Assembly (NCBI RefSeq): GCF_006345805.1
Contig: NC_042998.1
Span: forward strand, 49,042,001-49,106,000
Source of the DNA: Octopus sinensis
Lineage: Eukaryota
Length of the DNA stretch: 64,000 bases
Reading direction: 5' to 3'
The translations under genes and the position numbers were made by a program. Each line of letters opens with the position of its first letter. The first letter of the stretch is position 1. The notes beneath the pieces are model-generated. The model made no database searches and was not told the origin of the DNA. It worked only from the letters and a program-made list of their open reading frames with translations. Positions 51,924 to 64,000 of this stretch are shown piece by piece.

Positions 51924-53069
51924 ATGCGCAATTTCCTTCGACCAGGTAAACAATTCCGATTAGTCAGTCGAGGTGGTCATGTAAACATCAAGCAAACCGG
52001 AATCAGCAAACGCAACCAGAAATTTCTGTCAGATTTCTTCACGACACTCATTGATGTCAAGTGGCGATGGAACCTTTTAATATTTGTGGTGTCATTTATT
52101 TCATCCTGGTTACTTTTTGCTAGTTATTTCTATGTTTTGGCTCATTTACATGGAGACTTTGAAGACGACAATCCAGAAAATTGGGTGCCATGCATAGAAA
52201 GTGTCCACTCTTTTACAACTGCTTACTTATTTTCAATTGAAACTATGACAACAATTGGATATGGCTCACGTTATGTATCAGAGGAATGTCCAGGCGCAGT
52301 TCTTGGAGTACTTTTTGAATCTATTCTTGGAGCAGCTATGCAAGCAGCATTCTGTGGTTTGGTCATAGCAAAAGTGAAACGTGGTAAAAAGCGTTCTTGC
52401 ACGATATTGTTCAGTAAGGTAGCTTGTATCATGGAAGAAGATTTGCAATACAAGTTTGTATTTCGTGTGGGTGATATGCGAAAATCTCATCTGATCACTG
52501 CCAGTGCTCGAGGTTTATTTATTAAAAAAAGTTTCTCAAAATCTGGCAATAATATTCCAGTGGAATATTTCAATGTGAATTTCAAAGCTGAAGATGGACA
52601 CAACAATTTATTTTTGGTCTGGCCAACCAACGTTTACCATGAAATAGATGAAAAATCACCGTTTTATAATATTTCACGGGATAGTTTACGTCACGAGAAC
52701 TTTGAAATAATTGTGATGTTACAGGCTGTAGTCTCAACAACTGGTCGAACTGTACAAGCAAAAACTTCTTACTTGCCTTGGGATATCATTTGGGGACATC
52801 GTCTAGAACCATTAACAACATCCATTGATATTAATGGTTCACATATCGTAGATTTTACTCACTTTGACACCACATATCCAGTTCCTACCCCTTGGTGTAG
52901 TGCTCAGACTTTCAATTACATCATAAAATCAGGTCGATATACACCAGAACTGCTGCTAAACAGAGACGATATGGGTGAACTGATCAAAGAAACTGAAAGC
53001 ACCTCAGCCAAAAAGACATATACATTATTTGGCTCTATACCCGATCTAACACATCGAAATTGGATGTAG
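51924..53069 (+). CDS. Inward-rectifier potassium channel (Kir/KCNJ family), 381 aa from first ATG; probably the main coding exon, extending 5' to a splice acceptor at ~51883
   Basis: Slide helix FTTLIDVKWRW, M1, conserved Cys pair (WVPC...EECP), filter ETMTTIGYGSR, M2 ending AKVKRGKKR, cytoplasmic motifs RVGDMRKSHL, HEIDEKSPF, FEIIVML, TSYLPWDIIWGHR. Subfamily not assignable by eye. Confidence 0.97.
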   Translation: MRNFLRPGKQFRLVSRGGHVNIKQTGISKRNQKFLSDFFTTLIDVKWRWNLLIFVVSFISSWLLFASYFYVLAHLHGDFEDDNPENWVPCIESVHSFTTAYLFSIETMTTIGYGSRYVSEECPGAVLGVLFESILGAAMQAAFCGLVIAKVKRGKKRSCTILFSKVACIMEEDLQYKFVFRVGDMRKSHLITASARGLFIKKSFSKSGNNIPVEYFNVNFKAEDGHNNLFLVWPTNVYHEIDEKSPFYNISRDSLRHENFEIIVMLQAVVSTTGRTVQAKTSYLPWDIIWGHRLEPLTTSIDINGSHIVDFTHFDTTYPVPTPWCSAQTFNYIIKSGRYTPELLLNRDDMGELIKETESTSAKKTYTLFGSIPDLTHRNWM

Positions 53070-53296
53070 AGCATGAAAGAAGATTGTAGACTTAACATTC
53101 ATGATTAATCTTCATAATCACTTGCAGACTTAAACTTCATGATTGCAAGGAGTAAAAGTTTAGCTCAAGTTCCAGTGTTTCAAGTGACCAAATTGACAAT
53201 TTGAAGAAGAAAGTGTACCTCTACCAGTTTTGACAAAAAGTCAATGAGTTTATTTTACATACTGTAGAGATCAACAATTTATGCTCTGTTCCTTAA

Positions 53297-53302
53297 AATA
53301 AA
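53297..53302 (+). terminator. Possible polyadenylation signal for the Kir gene
   Basis: AATAAA ~230 nt after the stop codon; the hexamer is common in this AT-rich DNA. Confidence 0.2.
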
Positions 53303-54199
53303 AGTAGCAATCGTATGTTCATATGTTCAAAGAACAATCAACAAAAAAAATGGACTGGTAGGTAAAAAAAAAACAACAAAAAAAAAACAGTGCCAGGACA
53401 AAAATATTCCATGAAGGTGATCAAATAAGAGAGAGAAGAGGGAGGTTATTGACTCTCTAACAAGGAACAAATAGAAATGAGAACTCCACTCAACTAGTAT
53501 ACTATTCAATACTAGTTATCAGAAATGAAGATTGTTTATGATATGAGAGCTGTATTGATTAACAGTGTATGTTAGTGACACCTATATATTTGTATTAATT
53601 CAGAGTCACTGAGAGACAAGCTGCACTTTCCTTTTATATAAAACAAAACTATATTTTCTCATTGTTTGAAATTGTTGTGACATCTGTTGTTTATATGTTA
53701 GCACATGGCACACACACACACCACACCACACCATACATAGAATGGTTGCCAAACGTCTAAAACCATTGAGCAGATTTTTTTCAATTTTTTTTTATTTCCT
53801 TTAGTTCTGAAATGAAACTGATAACCAATACATAGGTAGGTAAAGGTGAAGTTAACTTCTCAAGTTATACCAACTCATAAGGGCCCATTTCTTGGTTTCC
53901 TTGGCATATATATTCTCCACCTGGACATGATGATGGTCTGTTGCAGCTGAGTGGACTGGAACAACATGAAATGAAGTGTTTGACTCAAGAACACAACACC
54001 TCATCCAGTCCAGGAATCAAAACCACAATCTTACAATCATAAGTCCAACACCCTAACCACTAAGCCACTCACCTCCACAAATACATATAGTAGCATGAAG
54101 AAATAAATGCTTGAAATATTTGTTCAATAATACCTTCATTTGAATTATTTTAAATAAAGTGAATGATCATTCTCTCCCTCCCCCTAGTAAATATGAGTA

Positions 54200-54535
54200 A
54201 CCAGCTTCCGTGTCAGTGGCACATAAAAAGCACCATCCGAATCGTGGCCGAAGCCAGTGCCACCTCGACTGGCTTCCATGCCGGTGGCACGTAAAATGCA
54301 CCAATCCGACCATGGCCGATGCCAGCCTCGCCTGGCACCAGTGCAGGTGGCATGTAAAAAGCACCCACTACACTCACGGAGTGGTTGGCGTTAGGAAGGG
54401 CATCCAGCTGTAGAAACATTGCCAGATAAGACCGGAGCCTGGTGCAGCCTTCTCGCTTCCCAGATCCCCAGTCGAACTGTCCAACCCATGCTAGCATGGA
54501 GAACGGACGTTAAACGATGATGATGATGAGGATGA
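54200..54535 (+). mobile_element. Diverged family D element
   Basis: ggtggcacgtaaaa units, then ggcgttaggaagggcatccagctg and (atg)n tail. Confidence 0.7.
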
Positions 54536-55501
54536 TGCAGTTTTCCTATAAGAACCTAGTCTGCACATTCCCTGCTCTCTCACACTTTAAACCCTTTTTC
54601 TCTTGCATAAAGCTGATTCCTAATTCCTGCATCAGGGTTCATTGTCTTGCAAGCTGCATGGCAACCTCAATAGTGCAAGTGGTACATAAAAAGGCACCTA
54701 GTACTTGCTGTAAAGTGATTGATATTAAGAGGGAAATCCAGCTGTAGAAACCATGCCAAAATGAACATTGGATCACAATGCAATCCTTGGACCCAACAGA
54801 TCTTGTCAAACCATCCAATCCATGCCATCATCGAACATGGGCATTAAATGATGTCATGATACATTAGGCTTACAACTGAATTTACAAAATTGCAAAGTTT
54901 GATCAAATCTGTGATTTCAGGTGAGTCCATGGTGTTTTATAGTATTTTGTTAGTTGGAACATTTTAGATAGGAAAGCGGCCTTGTTTATTACAAAGTAGC
55001 AATGCATTGTTTAGCTATATGTGGTGGAGTGTTTACTTCAAGGACATTGTTATAGAACTGGACTGAATGAAGGTTGTTGTCACCCACAGAAGGAGTTTGC
55101 ATTCTATCATCACTGTCCATGAAACAGTGGACCTATCTAAACATTCCGAGAGAGGACGGTGTTTTACAGACTGTCAGAAATCAACTGTTGAAAGAATCAG
55201 CATCAAGCAGAGTCTGGATATGCCCAACAGACTTGGACTATCAATGGAAGTGTTTGCAGATAACTCAAGCAGTTTGGATTAAATGAGCACATTCCTTCCA
55301 AAAAGTTGTTCATTTCTATGAAAAACTAAAAAGTATACTTTGAACATACAAGGGATCACTTAGATTGAACCTTTACCTTCTCTAAATCCAACCAGTTTTA
55401 ATCTAATAGCATAATTTACTTGAAGGCATCATACTATCCAGCAACTGAATCTCAGTTCAAGATCTTAAGAGAATAAACGCATTATAAATAAGATATTTTA
55501 T

Positions 55502-55900
55502 AGGCGCAGGAGTGGCTGTGTGGTAAGTATCTTGCTTACCAACCACATGGTTCCGGGTTCAGTCCCACTGCGTGGCACCTTGGGCAAGTGTCTTCTACTA
55601 TAGCCTTGGGCCAACCAAAGCCTGGTGAGTGGATTTGGTAGACAGAAACTGAAAGAAGCCAGTCATATATATGTATATGTGTGTGTGTGTCTGTGTTTGT
55701 TCCCGCAACATCGCTTGACAACCGATGCTGGTGTGTTTACATCCCCATAACTTAGCAGTTCGGCAAAAGAGACCAATAGAATAAGTACTAGGCTTACAAA
55801 GAACAAGTCCTGGGGTCGATTTGCTAGACTAAAAGACGTTGCTCCAGCATGGCCGCAGTCAAATGACTGAAATAAGTAAGAGTTTCAAAGAGTAAAAGAG
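55502..55900 (+). mobile_element. tRNA-derived SINE family B, full length, with internal (TA)(TG) microsatellite
   Basis: Head gtggctgtgtggtaag...ggttcagtccc, ccttgggcaagt core, tail cagtcaaatgactgaaa(gtaaaaga)n. Confidence 0.85.
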
Positions 55901-56051
55901 TTTATGTAATAAATAGGTTTTTTTTTTGTAGATTGCTTAATGGAGATTAATACAGGTTAAGCGCAGCCATTCAATTCTTAAGCCATACAGTTATACATAT
56001 TTCAAAAATCTGCTCACTTGTTCTAAGCATGGCTTCCAGAATACATAAATA

Positions 56052-56876
56052 CAGTAATCCCTTGACTATCGCAGGTGTTACGTTCCAAACTCCCCGCAAT
56101 AGGGGAAAATCTGCAAAGTAGAAACTACTGTACTGTATATGTTTTTTCATTTTTATAATTTGTATATATTTATTTTATTATAAATGCAAAACAATACCAC
56201 ACACTCGCCTCCCGGGTTTCATTTTCCATACAGTATGTGCAATTCTTTGTTTACTCATCTACGGTACACTAGGTACTTTCTTTTAATACATTTCAATTAA
56301 TGTGTTATACAGTGCAGTACTGTACTGCATCTTCCTTTATTAATCTATTAAATTTTAGGTGTGAAAATGCTTATTTTACCACAGAAATAATTAAAATCTA
56401 AAAAAACTATAAATACCTATCGGCTGCAGAAACCCGCGATATAAATTTACATATGGTGGTGACCCCCTTCAGTCAGACACTGACCATGGGTTTGCACCTA
56501 GAGAGTTACCCTCTGAGGCACAAGTCTGGGCGAGGTTGTTTTATGGAAGACCAGCAGTCGCCCATGCATACCGGCCTCCCCTCTCCACGTCACCGATGTT
56601 GTCCAAGGGAAAGGCAAGGGCCGATACAGCTTGGCACCTGTGACGTCGCAACTCATTTCTACAGCTGAGTGAACTGGAGCAACGTGAAATAAAGTGTCTT
56701 GCTCAAGAACATAACACGCAGCCCCGGTCCAGGATTCGAGCTCACAACCTCACAATTGTAAGCTCGACGCTCTAACCACTGAGCCACGCGCCTTCACATT
56801 TACATATATTAGCCAGAAAAATCTGCAATGTACTGAGGGCGTGATAGGTGAACTGAAATATGGTGAGTGATTACTG
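56052..56876. mobile_element. Tc1/mariner-pogo(Tigger)-like MITE with TA TSD and a nested SINE
   Basis: TA|cagtaatc ... gattactg|TA. Confidence 0.7.
56455..56797 (-). mobile_element. SINE family C with 10-bp TSD atttacatat, nested in the pogo-like MITE
   Basis: TSD at 56445-56454 and 56798-56807. Confidence 0.85.
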
Positions 56877-57279
56877 TATAATTGTTATTATTCTTTTGGT
56901 TGTGGCATCAGCATTATGTTCACTGCAAGTCACTTGTAAGTTTTGTTTTATTTTACCCATCTTTCAAAGATTTGTTTTCAAAAATTGTGCTGTATGTGTC
57001 ACACATAAAAACAAGAGTTGTGGGAGCTGCTTGGCATGGGTTTATTTTTGTTCTTCAGAACAGACTTTGTGGATTACTTTCTGACATTTACCCATTTATT
57101 TTATACATATCAAGAAAACATGAGTGAGATCAGAGATTGGAAGAGCTGTTTTGATGCTGTCTTCCCACCTTTAAAACAAAGCACCAGTGTTGAGTGAAAG
57201 AACAACAATAAGGAAAATGAGAACAAAGACCAGAAAAACAAAATTCCATCTCCACTGTTGCCACCACTACTATTTACAC

Positions 57280-57513
57280 TCTTTTTTTACTCGTTTCAGT
57301 CATTTGACTGTGGCCATGCTGGAGCACCACCTTTAGTCGAGCAAATCGACCCCAGGACTTATTCTTTGTAAGCCTAGTACTTATTCTATCGGTCTCTTTT
57401 GCCGAACCACTAAGTTACAGGGACGTAAACACACCAGCATCAGTTGTCAAGCGATGCTGGGGGGTGGGGACAAACACAGACACACAAATATATTCACACA
57501 CACACACATATAT

Positions 57514-57562
<49 letters not shown>

Positions 57563-57728
57563 GTACATATATACGACAAGCTTCTTTCAGTTTCCGTCAA
57601 GCAAATCCACTCACAAGGCTTTGGTCGGTATAGTAGCTATAGTAGAAGACACTTGCCCAAGGTACCATGCAGTGGGACTGAACCTGGAACCATGTGGTTC
57701 GTAAGCAAGCTACTTACCACACAGCTAC
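57280..57728 (-). mobile_element. Family B SINE
   Basis: Full-length consensus match, inverted relative to 55502. Confidence 0.85.
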
Positions 57729-58297
57729 TAACACAAAAAAAATTATGACACTACAGCTTGAAAATCTAGTGTTGCCAGATTTACCAGTGCCATCTACTAG
57801 AAGTCTACAGAAGAATTAAAAAATGCAAAAAATATATATATATATCTAAATACTGATGAGACCTGGTCAAAATGTGTTAAACACATCATAATACATCTAG
57901 CAAGAAAGTAACCTCTAGACTGTGGTATACAAATTCTTCGCAACAAAAAGTAAGAAAATAGAGCAGGCAACAGAACAGTAAATAAAAAAGTACCTCAGAC
58001 CCATCTGAGGTACCAAAATATGTTGCAAGGAGGGAAAAAAAGTATGGTATAGTGGAGATGAGTCACTACAAAGGAGGAGACCTGGAACCACTCAACAACG
58101 ACCCTAAGGTCTTCAAATCAATCTACTTTGGCTGTAGGGTAGTAAAATTAGTTGACATGCCTCCCACTCTCAAAAGTAAACATCTACTGGTTGATGACAG
58201 CTTTAGCTTTAAAATTTGAATGTTTTATTATTATATAAAAAGATAATAAAACATTCAAATTTTAAAACTAAATCTATTGTTATATAAAAGATTGATG

Positions 58298-58620
58298 CGA
58301 AGGCACATGGCTCAGTGATTAGAGCATTGGGCTCACAATCACGAGGTAGTGAGTTTGATTCCTTGGCCGTGTTGTGTTCTTGAGCAAGACACTTTATTTC
58401 ACGTTGCTCCAGTTCACTCAGCTGTACAAATGAGTTGCAAAGTCACTCGTATGAAGCTGTACCGGCCTTTGCCTTACCCTTGGATAACATTAGTAGTGTG
58501 GAGAGGGAAGGCTGGTATGCCTGGACGACTGCTGGTCTTCCATAAACAAACTTGCCCAGACTTGTGCTTTGGAAAGGAACTTTCTAAGTGCAATCCCATG
58601 GTCATTCATGACCAAAGGAG
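58298..58620 (+). mobile_element. SINE family C
   Basis: Consensus match. Confidence 0.8.
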
Positions 58621-59401
58621 ATCTTTCCTTTTTAAAAGGACGATAAAATAATATTTGGACTGTAGGTATATTCATAAGTTATTGTCCGGTAATGCTCAGA
58701 TTAAACACTCCAAACCCTAAAGAAAACAAAGGCAAAGTTCATATGAAATTTGAACATCTTATTGATGACATAGGTGCAGTTGTGCCTGTGAGGTTTGGGA
58801 TGCTTGTTTCACAATCATGTGGTTCCAGGTTTGATCCCACTGCATGAAGAAGCTTGCTTCCCAATCACAAAGTTCAGAGTTCAGTCCTACTGCATGGCAT
58901 CTTGAGCCAGTGTCTTCTACTGTATCTTTTGCCTGACCAAAGCCTTGTGAGTGGTCTTGGTAGATGGAAACTGAAAGAATCCCATCACATATGCATATAT
59001 ACATATATGTGTGTGTGTGTGTGTGTGTTTGTTCCCCCCACCACTGCTTGACAACTGGTACTAGTCTGTTTGCATCTCAATAACTTAGCAGTTCAGCAAA
59101 AGAAATAGAATAAGTACTAGGGTTAATACTTTGACAAATCATTCTTCAAGGTGGTGCCCCATCATGGCTGCAGTCTGAAACAAGTAAAAGATAATGTGCA
59201 CACACACACACACACACACATTTATATATTTATATAAGACAGGCTGCTTTCAGTTTTCTGCTTTCCAAATCCACTTGCAAAGCTTTGGTAAACTCGGGAT
59301 TACAGTAGAAGACCAAGATACCTTGCAATAGGATTGAACACAAAATCACATTGTTGAGAAATTAATTTCTCAATGACACAGCCACGACTGCACACAAAAA
59401 A

Positions 59402-59886
59402 TCTCTATATATAAAACTCAACTTGTGTGTCTGTGTGTTTAACTTCCCGGCACATCTCCTCCTAGCCAACAAATCGTAGAACCACCAAAAATGGGTCACT
59501 TAAAGTTTAGGCGAATGAAAATTGAACTGCGCTATTTCTGTTCCAAAATTCATCTCGCAAGTGCAAAAATCGATAATGTGTTTGTTTAGGCCTTATCCCA
59601 TGCATTGAATAGTGAACTTTACTCAGTCAGCTGTTTGACGTGAACTGTGTTCACCACGCATGCAAGCATGCGTAAATTGCTTGAAAAATAAAAAATCAAG
59701 ATATAAAAACGAATCGCCGTAAACATTGTAGAAATTCGGCAAAGAAATGAATTTTCAGGATGTTGCTTGGAGGGTTCTTTCGTATTAATCATTTGGACTT
59801 TGTGAACACATACCAATTGTTTTTATAACATTTTTAACGCTTTGAATTAAATGTGACCATTTTGCAAAGCCGGGCAATACTGCTAG
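59402..59886 (+). mobile_element. Non-autonomous Helitron-like element
   Basis: A|TCtctatatataaa 5' end; GC-rich gcaaagccgggc (partial hairpin) then CTAG|T 3' end; no TSD. Confidence 0.65.
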
Positions 59887-60575
59887 TGTTCATATAAGAG
59901 CCATACAAAACTAAAAAATATATTAACAAAAACAAGGCAAATGGTTATATTTTTTTCTTTATTTACAAACATGATTGGTCCCAGTAGGAGCACAGTTTCC
60001 AAGATTTACAATACTCTCTTTACAATTTAATATAAGCAATTAATAAAACAAAATGAAGTTATTTCCAATATTTGGGGATACTAGTGATGTCACTAGAAGG
60101 GTATCAATATGATACCTCACTGGTATCAATGGGACTTACAAACTTGAACATAAAGATTTCAGTCACACATATAGTTATGTAATAATGTCTTGTCGATGTG
60201 TGTATTTATGTATCTGCATACGTACAATGACTGCGTGAGTATGTTTATGTACATGTACTCATCTGTATCTATATGGGCTTTACTCGCATACACACATACC
60301 AACAAATATCAAGGTGTGGAAATGATGCAAATCATTTGAAAAGAAATTTTTTTAACATGAACATCTCAAAACCCCTTGAAGCTGTCATTTCAATACCTCA
60401 GGATATCTTTCATAACAAAACATCCTTCATTTGGCATGTTACAAAATAAATGGGGAAGAGACTTCTTTCACTCTCTCTCTCTCAAAATTAACAAATCTAA
60501 TCTCTTTTACCAAGAAATGAGCCCATTTATAGAGGTTTCCACAAAGAGTTTTCTGATGAGATTACTTTACTTTAA

Positions 60576-60783
60576 CCCTTGAGCATTGAAACTGGCTATA
60601 TCCAGCTTAAATATTCTACCTGCTTTATGTTCCACCTATCTACTCACACTTTCCATATAATGTCCTTCCAAAAATAAGCAATCCCATCATCAAAACCTTG
60701 CCTCAACATAATGCATAAATGAATTCAAAGTAGAGTGAATAAATAAGTATTACATTTGGTAGAGTAATCTGAATGCTAAAGGG
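60576..60783. mobile_element. piggyBac-like MITE
   Basis: TTAA|cccttgagcatt ... aatgctaaaggg; related SINE-interrupted copies at ~45763-46396 and ~21035-21962 (opposite orientation). Confidence 0.5.
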
Positions 60784-61659
60784 TTTGAGTTCATGTTTAA
60801 TTTAGTTTGGGGAATGAATAATAATTACAAAAAAAAAAAAAAAATTAATGGGTATCAATGAGTGATTTCAATAATATCTTCCTTAATTAAGAGTACTAAA
60901 AAGTTAGAAATTATTACTCAGAATTCTTTAATTAGCATTTCCAGTCAGACTTACACTAGGATAACTAATCAAACAATACAAGCACTATTTCTGTTTAATT
61001 TCTGTTTAATTTTCCTGAAGATTTAGATTCATCATTATTTAGATGAACGGTTTGCATTAGCAGGGACATGTGGTTGCAGGGTATCTTAAATTTTGTTCTT
61101 CGGGCTAAGATAAATCTCAATCTTTATTAGAATGTAATTTCATTCTGCAGGAAGTTGGAAATATTAGCACTGTGCAACACTTTACTCAAGTAACATTTAC
61201 CTGAAGAAATACTAAGCTATTCATTCTTTATTGTTAACAAATTCAGAATTTTGATGTTTAAAGCTAAAGGGGCTTTTTAAAGATTTTATTTAGTTTGAGA
61301 TCTGAGACAAACAAATTTTAAGAGTGTTATGTAGAACAAAATAATGCAAAGCAATAATGGATTTCTGAGGGAAGACTGAAGTATCCAGTACTTCATCTAC
61401 TCAGCTTTTGCACTAAGAGACAAAAATATTACTTTCTAAATATTTTCAAGACCCTATTTCTAATCAAATATACTACTAATATATTTAAATTAATCTTGAA
61501 ATTGAAGTATTTCATAAAATGACTAAATTAAGCATTATTAAGCTGATATTTGAAATATAACAGAAGGTTCTTGCATAATAAAATATAAGGTATTGTATCA
61601 GAGACCTAAGGGCAATATCAGGTAGCTTGATATTGAAAGAATTAATTTTTGACAATGCT

Positions 61660-61714
<55 letters not shown>

Positions 61715-64000
61715 TTAGTATCCATACACACATATATCTATACACATATTTATGTATGTATATCAGGATAAATATATTAAATAAGATACCTCCATACATA
61801 CATATATACACTATATATGTTTGAGTGTGTGTTTCTAAATGGTTCTTGTGCTTCAAATTATTGTAATTAGTTAGAGACATGGATGGTAAATGTTTGCTTC
61901 ACTTTCTTTTGTGCTAACCCCCACTCCACCAAGCATAAATCAAATTTAATAATCTACCAATTTTTTTGTTAAGATACTCAAAAACTAGGGCCTCACTATT
62001 GTTAAGACACTCCCAAAAATGCAAAGACCCAGCAAGTGTCTCAGCACCACATCACTATAAATATTTAAGTTACAATAAGCTTCCAGTTGTGAATATATCT
62101 GTCCTGAAGCAAACAGAAAGGAGGTGGGGAAAACTACCTAGTATCATTTTTTTAGTTTTTAGCATACAACTCCCTGCCTCTATTACTGTCAAAATAAGCG
62201 ACCCTTATTGGGTTAGGGCCAAAACACACCGGGGTGAAAAGGTTGCAACAAATGTATAAATTAGCTGTCACAATATTTTCTATCAGGATAAATTATATTT
62301 TTTTCTTAAATGACTCCATGATTAATAAATATCACATGTGATTGTCCAATAAATAAAAGAATTATACAGAGAAACTAATATTCAAATGGACAGGGTGACT
62401 TAAGTTGTTTAAGTGTTGGGCTGTAGACTTAAAAGGGTAAAAAGTTCCTGTGTAATGAACATGGTTACAATCATTCTTATTTAGGTGATTGGTTTGCATA
62501 AGCAAGGAAATGTGGTTGTAGAGTACCTTAAATCTAGCATTTCATGCAAATATCAACATTTGCAGATCCATCCAACCAATGCTAGCAAGAGAAAAATCAC
62601 ATTCAAACATGAAGGAAAGCAAGAACAGTACCAAAAATAAAAGGTATTGTAAATGAGAGTAAAACAAAAATAGGTGATTAAATGTTTCATCTCTGAACAA
62701 GGTAACCACATGTCCTTGTCAGCATATAACTAAGACCAATATTTTACGCTTAATTTTTTTTTTAAAGTAAGCCCTGAGAAAATTGGGACTTTAGTATCCT
62801 ATTGCAGGAGGATATGATGTTCAGCTCTCAAACAAGTCACCATTTTACCATAAAGCTAGCATTGACTACTTCAGTGTGTACTAGAGCAAGTAATGACTGT
62901 GTAAGTAGAATTAGTTACATTACACAGAACAACCCAGCTATCAGACAAAGCACCAAAAATTTACTTCAATGCAAAGAAAATTATTAAATTCTTTTCTTTT
63001 TTTTTTCTGTTTAAGTTTCATTTTACTTGAACAAAATATATTTTTAGCTTTCTTTTTCAAAATATATTTTTATTTTACATTTGTTTTTGTCTTGACATGT
63101 ATTTCACTTTTAAACTTCTAGATACTAATAAAGCATATTTAGTAATTCAAGAGAAATTACTAACATTAGAACAGTCAACAGAAGCTGCATCACCAGGTAA
63201 TTTAAACATTCAAACTGAAATAATTTTACAATGGATAACATTAATATCACCAGCTACACACAAAAGGACAAGAAATCATTCTTTTCTTTTAAGTTGTCTT
63301 CTTCAAACCCTTCTTAAATGGAATAATCACATTTGACAGTGAATATTTATGTGAACTCTTGCATGTAACATTTTCATTCCCTTAGGAAGCAATATGATTA
63401 TAAACTGGTTAGTTACAGTAGTCTAAAAATATTACACATTCATATTTGGAAGTCATTATTTGTACTTTTTTTTTTTTTTTACATAGACATAAAATCTAAG
63501 ATTTTTACAGAAAAATTTGGAATTTGTGGCAATCATGCACTTTATATGGCAATAAGTATGGCAATAAAAGAAAATAGTGGACTTCTGACATAAAGTCATA
63601 TAATTTACAAGGACACTGTTGATTATACTAAGCCCAGTAAGTGACTGGAACTTTAATATATCAACTCTGAAAGGATGAAAAGCAAAACTGACATTGGTGA
63701 GATGTGGATTCAAAATTTAAATATCACTAGACATGAAGCCCAATGCTCTACTGATACTATCAACATTGGCACAAGGTTCAAAATTTATATAGCAGTAGTA
63801 AAGTTGATACTCTGAGTACTTATTTTATTGGCCATCGCCAAGGAGAAATGGAAAGTAAAGCTGAGCCCAGCAACATTAGCACTCAGACCAATAAAGTGAC
63901 AAAACCAAGTACATCTATCCTCATCTATCATAGATTCATTCAGCTCTGATCCAGGATAACATGGCGCACTCACTGTGGACTATGTTAGACTTATCATGAA

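Noticed and set aside
55067-55286. Two overlapping ~70-aa ORFs in non-repetitive sequence downstream of Kir
   Set aside because: No recognisable homology and no convincing in-frame splice acceptor.
59940-63500. 3' UTR of an unseen minus-strand gene (tttatt signals, repeat-poor DNA)
   Set aside because: Plausible, but no coding exon is visible in the window to support it.

Overview
AT-rich, repeat-saturated animal genomic DNA. The SINE families and (TA)n/(TG)n microsatellites point to a coleoid cephalopod, probably Octopus (inference from recalled repeat families, not a search). The only convincing protein gene is an inward-rectifier K+ channel (Kir/KCNJ family, 51924-53069, +). It has two candidate phase-1 upstream coding exons and has lost the three classic acidic rectification residues. 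The rest is several tRNA-type SINE families, an RTE-like non-autonomous element with an expanded ~60-bp A/B tandem array, MITEs (Merlin-, hAT-, Tc1/pogo- and piggyBac-like) and Helitron-like elements. Of most interest are short (TA)n-associated elements carrying minimal type I hammerhead ribozyme folds with variant cores (U3-A8 compensatory; U6), one lying beside a ~365-nt rod-like fold-back. Nearly all other ORFs in the track are microsatellite or SINE artefacts. Repeat boundaries were read by eye and are approximate unless a TSD is given.
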